A stretch of 64,000 bases of DNA from Octopus vulgaris (GCA_951406725.2 OX597816.1:163742001-163806000), one strand, 5' to 3'; counted from the first letter of the stretch, positions 29,214 through 44,468 are shown. Notes: generated by a model not told the origin, from the letters alone. Numbers and translations: made by a program.

Positions 29214-29339
29214 TTGCGAGGATGATCCGGTTGTTCTTCACTGAAGATTGAAGGCTTCGAATGTCCCGTCCGTGTTTTTGTATCGTCTTCTAAATGTTTT
29301 GCGTTCTTGTCCCAGTTTGTATTTTTTTACACACACACA

Positions 29340-29425
<86 letters not shown>

Positions 29426-29512
29426 TATATGCATACATATATATATATATATGTATATATATACATATGTATACATATATATATATATCCACGCACACAT
29501 GCACACACACAA

Positions 29513-29558
<46 letters not shown>

Positions 29559-29627
29559 TACACTTGCAGAGTATTATAGATAGAAAGATAGATAGACTGA
29601 CAGACAAACAGGTAGAGACAGACAGAC

Positions 29628-29701
<74 letters not shown>

Positions 29702-29715
29702 GCGGAGAGACAGAC

Positions 29716-29784
<69 letters not shown>

Positions 29785-30171
29785 CAGACAGGTAAATAGA
29801 TAGATATGTTTACACAAATTTGTCCATGTAAATGCGTATATAAATACCATGTCTGTGTGTGCGTCAGTGTGTGTGTGTGTGTGTGTGTTGTGTGTAGTAA
29901 ACACAAATAAACATTGTGTCTAGTATATTGCCTTGTGTTATATTTGTAAACCTGGAAATACCTAACTGCCTTAACTAGCAAGCTAATTAGTTTCGTTCCT
30001 GTCCACCTAAGTCAAACTTACAACGTTAGGATATACAACGTTATACAGTTATTATTGTCAGAGAGACGGATCGATAATTTTACTTCTAAACAACCTCCCC
30101 TCACGTCCAACCCAAACACTGTCTGCCTCTGTGTGTGTAGGGGGGGGGGAATCTTCCAAATTCAATATATT

Positions 30172-30219
<48 letters not shown>

Positions 30220-30382
30220 GCTCTTTGTGTCTGTATATCTCATTCTCTCTGCCTGTATTAGCAGAGTCTATATAAAGGCAAGAGTGACTTTAATTCAACG
30301 CAGTTCGATGATCGCTTTTCTAACCGAAACTTCGAGGTTACTGTCAATAGTATTGTTGCTTAAGAATAATAAATTTGTACTC

Positions 30383-30390
30383 TACATACA

Positions 30391-30424
<34 letters not shown>

Positions 30425-30446
30425 CATACATACATACATACATACA

Positions 30447-30480
<34 letters not shown>

Positions 30481-30510
30481 CATACATACATTCATACATG
30501 CATGCATGCA

Positions 30511-30541
<31 letters not shown>

Positions 30542-30557
30542 CTACATACATACATAC

Positions 30558-30588
<31 letters not shown>

Positions 30589-30813
30589 CATACATACATA
30601 CTTACATGCATACATATATACATACATACATTCATACATGCATGCATACATACATACATACATACATATCTACATACATACATACTTACATACATACATA
30701 CATACATACTTACATACATACATACATACATACATATATACATACATACATTCATACATGCATGCATGCATACATACATACATACATACATACATATCTA
30801 CATACATACATAC

Positions 30814-30844
<31 letters not shown>

Positions 30845-31105
30845 CATACATACATACATACATACTTACATGCATACATATATACATACATACATTCATA
30901 CATGCATGCATACATACATACATACATACATACATATCTACATACATACATACTTACATACATACATACATACATACTTACATACATACATACATACATA
31001 CATATATACATACATACATTCATACATGCATGCATGCATGCATGCATGCATACATACATAAATGCATGCATACATACATACATTCATATGTACGTACATA
31101 CATAC
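30383..31105. repeat. (CATA)n array with higher-order variant periodicity
   Basis: Recurring ordered variants CATATATA..TTCATACATGCA..TATCTA..TACTTA. Confidence 0.9.
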
Positions 31106-31153
31106 ATATGTCTGTGTGTGTGTATACTGCACAGATACCCACACGCACACGTA

Positions 31154-31189
<36 letters not shown>

Positions 31190-31302
31190 CATTCATATGT
31201 ATGTTTCTTTTTATCCTCAGAATAAAAACAATTGTATATGCATGCATCCATGTATGTACGTGTTTATAACCACATAGGTAAATGTATTTATGTATAATTA
31301 TT

Positions 31303-31360
<58 letters not shown>

Positions 31361-31699
31361 CATGTAAACATACATAATCGTATAAGCATTTACATTTCAT
31401 AACAACATAACACCACTTCTTTGCAATATCGCACACTTTCGCTCCCATATTTATGTACATAGGAATGTATATTCGAAACGTATATATATATATATATATG
31501 TTTGTGTGTGTGAGTGTATGTATGTATGTATGTATGTATGTATGCATGTATGTATGTATGTATATGTATGTATTTAGCTATACCATCATCATCATCATTT
31601 AGCGTCCATATTCTGAAGAAGGAGCTGTTTTCTAACAAAGATACAAAGCTTTATCATTAGAATGTAGATAACAAAAACAATGTTACATTTTAAACTTGA

Positions 31700-31995
31700 G
31701 AAAAGTCTTGCATATTTTAACCGTTCCCCTTACAGATTGTATTGGTAATGTGTGAGTTAGTTGGTTGATTTCTTTTTATGAAAACCCTAGCTTATCCATG
31801 ATGCCATGCATTTACTAAGAAAATAAGGGAACCGAACATTATTGGTACAAATGTGAATTTGTGATCTGGATACAGAAACTGGAGGTTTCGAAGGAGTTGT
31901 CCGTAGTTATCTCCTTCCTCTTCGACTTTCAAAGAGACATCAGCGAGACAGCTGATCCCTAACGTTGCATACGTTTCCTTGTCTGTCCCAAACAT
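31700..31995 (-). pseudogene. R4/Dong-like RLE non-LTR retrotransposon C-terminal remnant
   Basis: ISCLADVSLKVEEEGDNYGQLLRNLQFLYPDHKFTFVPIMFGSL resembles the PD-(D/E)xK RLE tail (E..cP.D..K..kY..L..vPiiiGalG). Confidence 0.65.
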
Positions 31996-32285
31996 GTAAG
32001 AATGCTCTTGAGACCGCATTTAAACGGAATTTACTACGACACGAGCAATTTCATGCGACCTAGAATTTATAAGAAATCCTATATATAAAAACGTCTAAAT
32101 CCTAAATTGATGAATCGCTCAAAAGTAACGCATTTATTTTATATTTTTGCAACACAATGGCTGATACTGGCATTGGAGTTTCGGCTTCGTAGCCCCAGTA
32201 AGTAATATCGGACCATCACACGCAGGGCACAAGACTGGAACTTCGAAGTATATGGAAATTCTTTCCTACTAAAAATTAAATAAGT

Positions 32286-32605
32286 GGAGGCGCAATGGCC
32301 CATATATATATGGTTAGGACAGCGGACTCGCGGTCGGTGGATCGCGGTTTCGATTCCCAGACCGGGCGTTGTGTGTGTTTATTAAGCGAAAACACCTAAA
32401 GGTCCACGAAGCTCCGACGGCGGGGGGGGGGGGGCGACCCCTGTTGAAATCTTTCGCCCCAACTTTCTCTCAAACTTTCTTCCTGTTTCTTGAGTAATGC
32501 TGCGACGGACTGGCGTACCGTCCACCTAGGCGGAAGACACCTAGGCCACAGACACCGGGAAACCGGGCCCATGAGCCTGGCTGAGCTTGAAAAGGGCGCA
32601 TAAAA
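32286..32605 (+). mobile_element. SINE with family 1 head and a different 3' part
   Basis: First ~190 bp match 490-680; A-box interrupted by a TA run; divergent tail ending in an A-rich tract. Confidence 0.75.
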
Positions 32606-32695
32606 AATTAAAAATTAGATAAATATAAGGGCGTGTTTGTGTGAATGTGAGAATAGACAAAGATACATAGATACATACATATAGACGCACTTACG

Positions 32696-32746
<51 letters not shown>

Positions 32747-32857
32747 ATATATATATATATATATACTCTACCACTGGTATTTATATATATATATCCGTAT
32801 ATATATATATATATATATATGTTTGTAGGTATGTGTATATGTGGATATAAATAGACA

Positions 32858-32904
<47 letters not shown>

Positions 32905-33173
32905 GATTATATATGTATATGTATATATATGTATGTGTACATGTACTGTGTGTGAACGTCGCTAACCTCACGAAAGTCCGTAAAATGTGTTGCTAAAAAG
33001 AAATGAATTACAACACAACTCGCTTTTCTTCTCAATATAGAGTTCTACGCATATATATGTCTATACGCAAACAGGTGTGTTCATATACACGTCTGTACAA
33101 ACATGTCCGAACATACATACGTACGTAAGTGTATGTGTATGTATTCATGTATGTATGTATGTATGTATGTATG

Positions 33174-33207
<34 letters not shown>

Positions 33208-33433
33208 TGTATGTATGTATGTATGTATGTATGTATGTATGTATGTATGTATGTATATTTGTCAATGTGTGTATTTGTATAATTGCACCTATGTATTCAT
33301 ATGCACAAACATACACACAAAAGCACGTCTTTGAGAACCTGGAAGCGAAAATAGCACAAAATACTCTCAAAATAATGTCAATTTTTTCGTTCGAATTTAA
33401 TGACGCTTAATCAAAGATGAACACACACATATT

Positions 33434-33515
<82 letters not shown>

Positions 33516-33992
33516 CATACATATATATACATATAAACATATATATATATGTTTGTATATGTGCGTGCGTGAGTGTTTGTGCGTGTGTTTGTGTGTGTGT
33601 ATGTGTGTGTGTGTGCGTATGTGTGTTTATGTGTATATATATATGGATATAGATAGGTAGATAAATAGATACCTAGTTAGATAAATTGATATATATATAT
33701 ATAGATATATATGAACATTATATAATATTTATTTATTATTGCGTACTTTATTTAATTCTAGGTAAATGTTTTATCGAATCTTTAATTTTTTTCTATATGG
33801 TATGATTTAAGTATATCATTATTGAACTGCTACATGGTGGTTCTTCTCTAATTTATATACATATATTATATATCCACATATATAAATATATATACAAGTA
33901 TGTGTGAGTATATATATGTATATAAGTATATCTGTGTGTGTATGTATGTATGTATGTATGCATGTCTGTATGTATGTATGTATGTAAGTATG

Positions 33993-34023
<31 letters not shown>

Positions 34024-34143
34024 GTATGTATGTATGTATGCATGTATGTATGTATGTATGTATGTATGTATTTATGTATGCATGCATGCATGCATGTATG
34101 TATGTATGTATGTATGCATGCATGTATGTATGTATGTATTATG

Positions 34144-34177
<34 letters not shown>

Positions 34178-34727
34178 TGTATGTATGTATGTATGCATGT
34201 ATGTATGTATTTATGTATGTATATATGTATGTATGTACGTATATATAATGTCAAATTCCCAGTTACACGGAACCTATTTTAATTCATTTTCTCTGAGAAG
34301 AATTAAACTCCAATATTTCTTAAACGCTCTATTTCTCAAATATAACGTCCATTTTTCCGTTTCCACTTATGATAAATCATATATTTGTGTTTACACGTAT
34401 GTACATTTCATACATTCTACATCAAGCATTTTCTAAATCTACATTTTATATACATATCTATCTCCTACGATCAATCTATATTTGATATATAGCTTATGTC
34501 CAACCCTTCCATATATATATATATATATATATATATTCTGTGTATCCTTCCCTCATGTTTACTGTAGTCAAATTATATATTTAATTTAAATATTTTCCCT
34601 ATTTATTTATTTTACATACACCCTGTCAAGCTATCCTGTTGTCTATATATACACTTGATATTCATTATATACATATGCGTGCATGTGTGTTTGTGTGTAA
34701 GGATATACATATGTGTGTATGTATAGG

Positions 34728-34768
<41 letters not shown>

Positions 34769-34797
34769 CTGTGTCTGTGTGTGTGTATGTATGTATG

Positions 34798-34833
<36 letters not shown>

Positions 34834-34988
34834 TATACATGTGTATACATTTATATATATATATATATATATATTCATTTCATTTTTATAAGTTTAATAT
34901 ATACACATGTAATTTGTAAGGTTTTCTCTACAAAATTGGGTATTTTACAGTGAAGCCAGTGAAAGATTGGATGTTTTCATCCTTATTT

Positions 34989-35028
<40 letters not shown>

Positions 35029-35078
35029 CATATATATACATACGTATATGTACATACTTACATCTATTCGTATATGTG

Positions 35079-35135
<57 letters not shown>

Positions 35136-35323
35136 GCATAAATATATTGTGTTGTGTCTGGGAGAGTCATTTTCTTTTTGTACCTTATAATGTAACACAC
35201 CGGTAGAAAAAAGAAAATGACTCTGCCCAGGCACAACAGGATATGCTTCAACACACGAACTCATATAAAGAATCTTGCAAACCAAATCCCAAAACAAAAT
35301 GTATATATGCATACATACATACG

Positions 35324-35369
<46 letters not shown>

Positions 35370-35382
35370 CATATATATATAC

Positions 35383-35444
<62 letters not shown>

Positions 35445-35454
35445 GCATATATAC

Positions 35455-35520
<66 letters not shown>

Positions 35521-35874
35521 ATATATATATAAAATTCAAGTTTACTGTATATACATTTTATATATCCTTTATTAATGTATATCATATAATCTACGTTTTA
35601 TATAATTACATCTTATACATGTCTTTTATAGATGTTAACTATTTTCACAATTTTATATCCTATAATCTCTTGGCATGTTTAATAATACCCGATTCGAACA
35701 AAACGCTTAGCGGCATTTCATCCGTCTGTGCGTTTTGAGTTCAAATTCCGCCGAGGTAGATTTTGTCTCGTCGTTGTCATTGTCTTTATCATTATTGTTA
35801 TTAAAACCCACATACTTTATGCCTGTCTTTGTATTCTGCCCCTCAGCTTTCACCCTTGTGGCAAATAAATGAAA

Positions 35875-36092
<218 letters not shown>

Positions 36093-36096
36093 TAGC

Positions 36097-36470
36097 AGGC
36101 GGTGAGTTAGCACAATCGTTAGCACTCCGGACAAAATATGCTTAGCGGCATTTCGTCCGTCTGCACGTTCTGTGTTTCAAATTCCGTCGAGGTCAACTTT
36201 GCCTCTCATTCATTCGAGGTCGATAAATTAAGTACCAGTTCCGTACTGGAGTCGATGTAATTGGCGAGTCCCCTACCCTCAAATTTCAGAGAAAATATTT
36301 CGCAGCATTTTGTCCACCTTCATATTCTAAGTTGAAATTCCGCCGAGGTCGTCTTTGCTTTTTATCCTTTTATGGTCGATAAAATAAGTACTAGTTGATC
36401 ACTAGGGGATCAATGTAATGGACTTACTCCCTCCCCGAAATTGCTGGCCTTGTGCCAAAATCTGAAATCA
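36097..36470 (+). mobile_element. Two tandem SINE family 4 copies
   Basis: Head GGCGGTGAGTTAGCACAATCGTTAGCA; two central domains; partial copy at 35700-35765. Confidence 0.75.
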
Positions 36471-37082
36471 ATATTCCTTGTTATCATTGCTCCCGTTCCA
36501 CAAACAGAAAGCTTTCAGGTAGGTGAAAAAGTCCATTCCATTACCTGTGCTTCAATAAAGATTTCTCTTTAGAATTTTTAACTGTTTACTTATAATTGGC
36601 AAAAAGCCTTTTACAACGTATATAAAAACGTTTCAAGTTGTTGGCCACACTCGAAGTAGCGAGGAGAGCTGCTCACCTCAGTAGTACTAACACTGAACCG
36701 CAATAACTATTACTCACAGATTATTTTCAAGCAAAGGCGCAGCAGAATTTAGAAGAAAAAAAAAAAGCATCGAAAACGGAGCTTTATTTTTAAACATTTT
36801 CTGCGTTGCTTTACATGAGTACTAAATAGCTCTATTTTTGGAAGAATGGATCTCGAATCACATAAAGCTATAAATTAGAACATGAAAGTTTAGGATTGAA
36901 TTATTATTTCGTGTTCTTCCGAAGCACATAGAACTATGAATAATAGCTTGTAAATAACTTTTGGATGGTAAACGGCTGCCCGTAGGACACGAATCCACAT
37001 GTCCTATAGATATGGCAGGTGTTCCACCATTAGAACTTTTCTATCGAAAATGGTCTTTTAACCTAATATTTACCCGCTCTTA

Positions 37083-37472
37083 TCTCTCTATATATAAAGG
37101 TGAAGTTGTCTGTGTATGGCAGGTTTGGTAGCCTTCAATTAACACTATCTCCTCCGAGACTCTGCGGCGCAAGTTGACCAAAATTGAGAGTATGATAGAA
37201 GAAGGCTTGCTCTTCCTTCCGAAGAAAACATTCAAATCGGACCATGTTAACACCAAAAATTATTTACACCAAAAACGTGCGTTTTTTCTGTGAAAATCCC
37301 TATTTTTTACGATTTTTTTTACTGGTGTGTCGCCATTTTTCGGTGTATTTCAATCAGAAAAATGTTCACTTAAAGAGAATAACAAGCTACATAATGCAAA
37401 ATTTTTACCTTTCAAAAATTCCAATTCTAAGGGGTCGAAACAAACCCGAGCACCGCCGGGCGATACTGCTAG
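37083..37472 (+). mobile_element. Non-autonomous Helitron
   Basis: A|TCTCTCTATATATAAAGG ... CCCGAGCACCGCCGGG..CTAG|T; same ends as the 18628 element. Confidence 0.85.
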
Positions 37473-38263
37473 TTTATAGAAAAACCGGAATTGCCTTACG
37501 TTATCGTAAGATTATATATTTTTAAGAAAAAAATAGTGTAGAAACTATAAATTCGAATGGGAGCATAGTAAAGACAACGAGAATAACTCCAACGATGGCA
37601 TTATTCCATAGTTTGAAATAAACCGGAGTAGCATGCTTTGAACCAACTCAAGAAAAAGCAGAACTGGGTAAGGTGTGTCACAAAAGACAGTACTTCCTTG
37701 CCTGACGAAACTCAAAACTGAGACGCTGACAATCCTCCGCTTCACAGAAACCCAATTGTGCCGTTGAAAGAGTAATGGAACGAAACCCCCAAGTTGACAT
37801 GTGACAAGATGACGGTGGCTTCTGTATTGCGACAAGGTGGGTTACCTCTTCATTGCATTTCGTCTCCGTACCATATTTGCATTTCGTCTCCGTCTTATTA
37901 TATTGTATAACACGCTTTCTCTTTGTGGGAGATGGGGGGTGCTCAGCTCTCGTTTATTCTGTGTAATGAGCATCATTGCAGTTTATATATCCACCCTTTA
38001 TATGCCACGTTCTTTTTGTATTGTATTTAAGGGTACTTGTAGTTAATAAAGAAGGAATCATCTTCATCATCATCATCTTCATCATCATCATCATCATTAT
38101 CATTACTATTATTGTTGTTGTTGTTGTTTTGGCTTTACCTTGATATAAAAGAACTGCACTAAAGGGACAACCAAATACAAGAACTGATGTCTGTGTATTA
38201 AAAAAACAAATATCTGTTGTTGTTGTTGTTGCAGTTATTGTTATTGTAGTTGTTCTTCTTCTT

Positions 38264-38322
<59 letters not shown>

Positions 38323-38330
38323 TATTATTA

Positions 38331-39070
38331 CTGGGTGAGAAAGCAGTGCATGCCATCAAAGTGACACTGGGGTAAAATATGCGAAGCCCAGTATACCCAT
38401 CCTGACTACCCAAATGATAAGAGTACACCAGACACTTGCATCACAACCATATGTGCGCGACATGGTGATTTCCTATCAGTACATGACCTTTCAGGTCGAG
38501 TAGCCCATCCCGCTCAAAAGGTCCCTAAATGAGGTTTGTTTAAAGATGATGAACGAAACACTCATGTTTCCAGAGCTGAATTATTCAAACCCCAGAATTA
38601 TTCAAACCCCATAGATTTCATCTCAACACATGGCTATGATGCTCCCCCACTACTTCTGCTCGTGATCAGAGATGCACATATCGTCAGCCACTAAGGGACA
38701 TGCTCAACTGGTTAAGGTTAAACAACTGACAAGCAAATCTGTGGTATTGAGCAGAATATTTGCTGTAGCCCATCTTTTATACCAAGACAAAACAATGTAC
38801 AAAAATTCCAATTCTAAGGGGTCGAAACAAACCCGAGCACCGCCGGGCGATACTGCTAGTTTATAGAAAAACCGGAATTGCCTTACGTTATCGTAAGATT
38901 ATATATTTTTAAGAAAAAATAGTGTAGAAACTATAAATTCGAATGGGAGCATAGTAAAGACAACGAGAATAACTCCAACGATGGCATTATTCCATAGTTT
39001 GAAATAAACCGGAGTAGCATGTTAAGATCAGAAGCCATGAGAGCCACTGCCTGGGACTGCATCAGGACAT
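38331..39070. mobile_element. Probable retroelement fragment between (CAT)n and (TAT)n, interrupted by a duplicated segment
   Basis: Complex sequence sharply bounded by trinucleotide arrays; family not established from this window. Confidence 0.4.
38800..39021 (+). repeat. 222 bp near-identical direct copy of 37413-37635
   Basis: Includes the Helitron 3' end plus ~160 bp of its flank; differences seen only in homopolymer length. Confidence 0.9.
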
Positions 39071-39104
39071 TTTATTATTACTGTTGTTGTTGTTGTTGTT
39101 ATTA

Positions 39105-39190
<86 letters not shown>

Positions 39191-39195
39191 GTGCA

Positions 39196-39410
39196 AGGCG
39201 GTGAATTGGCAGAATTGTTAGCACGCCGGGTGAAACGCTTAGCAGTATTTCGTCTGTCTTCTCGTCCTGAGTTCAAATTCCGCCGAGGTCGACGTTGCCG
39301 TTCATCTCTTCGCGGTCGTTGAAATAAGTACCATTTGAGTACTGGGGCCGATGTAATCGACTTAACCGCTCCACCAAAATTTCGGGCCTTGAGCATATAG
39401 TAGAAAAGAT
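39196..39410 (+). mobile_element. SINE family 4, full length
   Basis: tRNA-like head after (TAT)n plus central domain. Confidence 0.8.
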
Positions 39411-39986
39411 TATTGTTGTTGTTGTTGCTGTTGTTGTTATCGTTGTTATTGTTGTTTTAAGTCCGATTCCCAAATATGAGAATGTTTTAAATCATTTCTT
39501 TATGCTTTGAACTTAAATCTTTTTCTTTTTTCTTTTTTTTTTCTCTTCATTATTGATAATCTTCGGCCCCAAAATTTTAAGAGGGTAACGGTACAATACA
39601 TTAAATCGATAATGTATGCGCGGAGGAAGGATTCTATGTGTGTGGGGAGCGGGGAAATGGAGGGGATGATGGCGTGTGGATTGTAACACTTGTTCTCGCA
39701 ACCCCATTTTCACTCACACACTTTTTCGTCGGCAGCACTAGAATCACAACAACAATCGGATAACGATGAAGAAAATGCTAAACCAGAAGGAAAGCGAAGG
39801 AGGAGGAAGAGAAACAGGAGGAGGGGTGGCTGAGCGTGGGAGGCTTAAAACAAACCAATACAAATAATAAGAAATATAAAGTATCGACGCAGGAACGAAG
39901 GCAGGAAAATGCTTAAGTGATATAATCAGATATATTTACATTTTAAATTTGTGTGTGTAGATATGTATATATATACATATAGATAC

Positions 39987-40052
<66 letters not shown>

Positions 40053-40763
40053 TGAAGTAATATCATGTAGCAACACCGAATGGCGGTGCCCCAGCATAGC
40101 CACAACTCATGAGCTGAAACTAGATAATAAGAATATACATATATATAAATATATATATATATATATGTATGCATGTATGTATGCACGCATATATGTATGC
40201 ATATATATATGTACACACACACACACATATATATGTATCTCTATGTGTGTATGTATGCATTCATGTATGTATACATACACAGTGTATGTCCCATGAAATC
40301 TTGTTTGATACTGGCAAGTGGTGTTTGTTACAGAAACCCGATATTTACGTGGTTTAGAAACATAAACAAAGACCCTAAGTGAATAGCAGTGATATTGTCC
40401 AGGTAGGAGTACCTGACATTGACGTTTTCAAGGTCGAAGACATTATTCCATTTGTGTTGTAGGAGAGCATTTTCTAACTACAATTAATAAGTTTCTAACA
40501 TTAGATAACGTATTCAAGTGAACCAAGTAACAACAGAATGATTCCCAACGGATTTTCAATAAATACAAAGCCACCGGCCCCTTAATGAAGTCAACAACAA
40601 ATATCTTACTCTAAAGTTACAGTGACCTCTATTGTTTAAACTGTTCACTTCGAGACAAGGTATATGAGTTTTATGGAATATATTTCAATATGTATACATT
40701 GATTTATTTCCCAAAATGTCCTTCCGTTTTATATATGTGAGTGCGCGCACGTGTATATATATA

Positions 40764-40840
<77 letters not shown>

Positions 40841-41337
40841 TAGCATACTTCTGTATGTATAGATACATAGATAGACAAAGACAGAGAGGAGGAGAGAGAA
40901 AGAGAGTGGGAAACAGAGAGTAAGCGGTAGAGGTAAATACAAATACATACATACGTAGATACATACAAGTAAATATATATACATATACAAATACGTATAT
41001 GTGTGTGTGTGTGTGTGTGTGTGTTTGTAAATATGTGTATGTATTCATACATGCATACAAATATGAACAAACATATACACATACATATACATAGATACAT
41101 AGAAAGACAGAAGGGAGAAAGGATGACCTGTGAAATGAACAAGCTTCCCGGACGACCTCTCATTAAGCAAATAAATTAATACGCTCTACACATTGTCGCA
41201 TTGAGTCAAATGTGAACTGTGGTCTTCCCAAGTTTATACCGGGCATATTTATTCATACTCACGCACATATATACATACATACATACATACACACACATGC
41301 ATATATATATGTATATATTATATAGATACATATATAT

Positions 41338-41369
<32 letters not shown>

Positions 41370-41370
<1 letters not shown>

Positions 41371-41590
41371 CAAATTCCAACTCTGTTTTTCGTGTTTTAT
41401 TTATATTCTTTATAATATCAATATAGAATATAGAATATATAGTATAAATAATATATATATAGTAAAATGAAATGAAGTATTGATTGTCTTATTGAATAGA
41501 TGAAATATTGAATATAAAATATAAAATATTACGGAACTAGTATAATTTCTTGCATTATTGCAGTCTTCACGGTCCCAGGTTGTGACAGGA
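41370..41590 (-). mobile_element. HHR-like mini-element family C (related to the 13062 arms)
   Basis: Homologous to 43860-44310; hammerhead-like fold at 41533-41576. Confidence 0.65.
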
Positions 41591-41611
41591 ATATATATAT
41601 ATATATATATT

Positions 41612-41806
41612 CGCCATAATAGATCGCTAGCCACTACACATTCTTTATTTTCTCTCCTTGTTTCTTTCTGTGTTCATTTCTGTGGAAGAGCGTAGGCTCG
41701 AAACGTTCAAGACTTTTTCACTTCCCGAGCGTTATACTAATACATCTGTTTGTTGTCTACACCACCTGTCTTCGTCTTTTGTTTTTTTTTTTGTGAATTC
41801 TCCCCC
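41612..41806 (+). mobile_element. HHR mini-element family A, full length; hammerhead at 41677-41712
   Basis: CTGTGGA-AGAGCGTAGGCTC-GAAACGTTC; same termini as the other copies. Confidence 0.8.
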
Positions 41807-41864
41807 TATATATATATATGCATATATATATATATTATACGTATATGTATATGCTTATATATAA

Positions 41865-41903
<39 letters not shown>

Positions 41904-42626
41904 TACGTACATGTGTGTATGTATATATATTTATGCATATGTATACATGTATGTATGTATGTATGTATGTATGTAATGCATATATGTGCTTATATTTATA
42001 TATGTATATGCATGCATATATAAATATGTATGTATATATATATATATATATACACACATATATATTTACGTATGTATATGTATATATACGTGTGTGTATA
42101 TACATATATGTGTGTGTATGTGTGTGTATAATGTATGATGAATGAAGTTCCATACGTCCCATCAATTTTGTTAAGAATGTAGAAAACAAGGTATACTACT
42201 TTCATATCTTCGCAAATTTACGCCTGTAAACTACCAGCAAAATATGAAGAATCAACTTAGAAATCTTTTTTGGAAACCTCTAATTAAAGGACGAATCCAC
42301 ATTCAACCTTTATACATCTATATATGTATATATGCATATATGTATATACAATAATTAAGGGTAAAACTAATCAATTACGAAGTAATCAATAAATTTCACC
42401 AAGTAGAATTCGGTATGAAAACAGGACCGTTATACGGTAAATTCTAGTAATACTAATAATTAAGGGATCAGCAAAAGAAATGCATCATCATATACTGAAG
42501 TTCAGAAATAGCAGCCAAAATCTAAGCCATTTCTTCTACTTAAAAAAAGGTCTACTAGAGAAACCATAATACTTGAATCTTAATCATCCATGTTTCGACC
42601 AAAGATTGGTCCAGGCCTTGTCTAAC

Positions 42627-42722
<96 letters not shown>

Positions 42723-42944
42723 TTCAACACACAAATTCACATAAACAATCTTGCAAACCAAATCCAAAAGAGAAATATATATATGTATGTATGTATAATT
42801 ATAATAAGGTGATAGAAAATTTTTCTAACCTGTATCCTGAGAAATAGACGCTAAATCGTCATACCACTATAATTTTCACCTTAATTGGTTTCATTTTATA
42901 TACTGGCCACTGATAAAATAATTTTAAAAGAAGTTTTATTACTG

Positions 42945-42977
<33 letters not shown>

Positions 42978-42978
<1 letters not shown>

Positions 42979-43380
42979 CTCTCTTTTACTCTTTTACTTG
43001 TTTCAGTCATGTCACTGTGGCCTAACTGGAGCACCGCCTTTAGTCGATCAAATCGACCCCAGGACTTATTCTTTGTAAGCCTAGTACTTATTTTATCGGT
43101 ATCTTTTTGGCCGAACCGCCAAGTTACGGGGACGTAAACACACCAGCATCGGTTGTTAAGCGATGTTGGGGAGACAAACACAGACACACAAACACGCACA
43201 TACATACATATATATACATATATACGACGGGCTTCTTTCAGTTTCTATCTACCAAATCCACTCACAAGGTTTTGGTCGGCCCGAGGCTATAGTAGAAGAC
43301 ACTTACCCAAGGTGCCACGCAGTGAGACTGAACCCGGAACCATGTGGTTCGTAAGCAAGCTACTTACCACACAGCCACTC
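42978..43380 (-). mobile_element. SINE family 2 copy
   Basis: Homology to other copies. Confidence 0.85.
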
Positions 43381-43837
43381 ATATATATATAAATATATAT
43401 ATGGGGTGTATAGATATGTATATATATATAAAGTTATATATGCAATATAAATAATACATATATATATATACATATATGCATATATATATATATATATATA
43501 TGCATAGATGTACATATGTACATATATGGGTACAGGACGTCACCACCAACTGTAAACAACACGAAATACGAAAGCAAATCAGTTCAATACGCAAGTAATG
43601 AGAGATACAAATGGAAAACAGGATAATTAATACAAAGAAGGACCCTTCATCAGTTTTCGGGTGTCTATCCACTCCTCATTTCGAGCATCGAAATATTATT
43701 TGTAATATTATTTAATTGATCACCATGCATCCATTTCCAAGTAACTTCATCTTATATATATACATATATATAATATATATATATGTGTGTATATATATAT
43801 ATATATGTATGACTTTATATAAGCCTGTATATGTGTG

Positions 43838-44076
43838 TGTGCATATATATATATTATTCAAAGGAATTCTAGCTCTGTTTTTTGTTTTATTTATATTCTT
43901 TATAATATTAATGTAGAATATAGAATATATAGTATAAATAGTATATATTAATAAGACAATCAATACTTCATTTCATTTTACTATATATATATTATTTATA
44001 CTATATATTCTATATTCTACATTAATATTATAAAGAATATAGATAAAACATAAAAAACAGAACTAGAATTCCTTTG

Positions 44077-44161
<85 letters not shown>

Positions 44162-44312
44162 TATATGCACACATATATGCACACATATAGTAAAATAAAA
44201 TGAAGTATTGATTGTCTTATTGAATAGATGAAATAGTGAATATCAAATATTAAGGGACTAGTATACTTTCTTGCATTAAAGCAGTCTTCAAGGTCCCAGG
44301 TTGTGACAGGAG
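43838..44312. mobile_element. Rearranged family C element: ~105 bp-arm fold-back plus HHR-like segment (44254-44297 minus)
   Basis: Inverted arms 43838-43946 and 43985-44090; GGGAC..TGAAGA-CTGC..GCAA-GAAA-GTATACTA-GTCCC. Confidence 0.7.
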
Positions 44313-44468
44313 TGTTTCAACTGTCTTAAGATATATATTTTGTTGAATTCTACGTCTATTTGTGGTGTCCTGTACACACGTATATATATTTGTATATGCA
44401 TGTATATATACATGTAGATGTAGGTACGTACATATATGTTTGTATGTATGCATATATTTTATTTATTA

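Noticed and set aside
43635-43690. Permuted (type II) hammerhead on the minus strand (GAAA...CTGATGA)
   Set aside because: No convincing stem III/UH or stem I, and related copies at ~1320 and ~16710 do not keep the core
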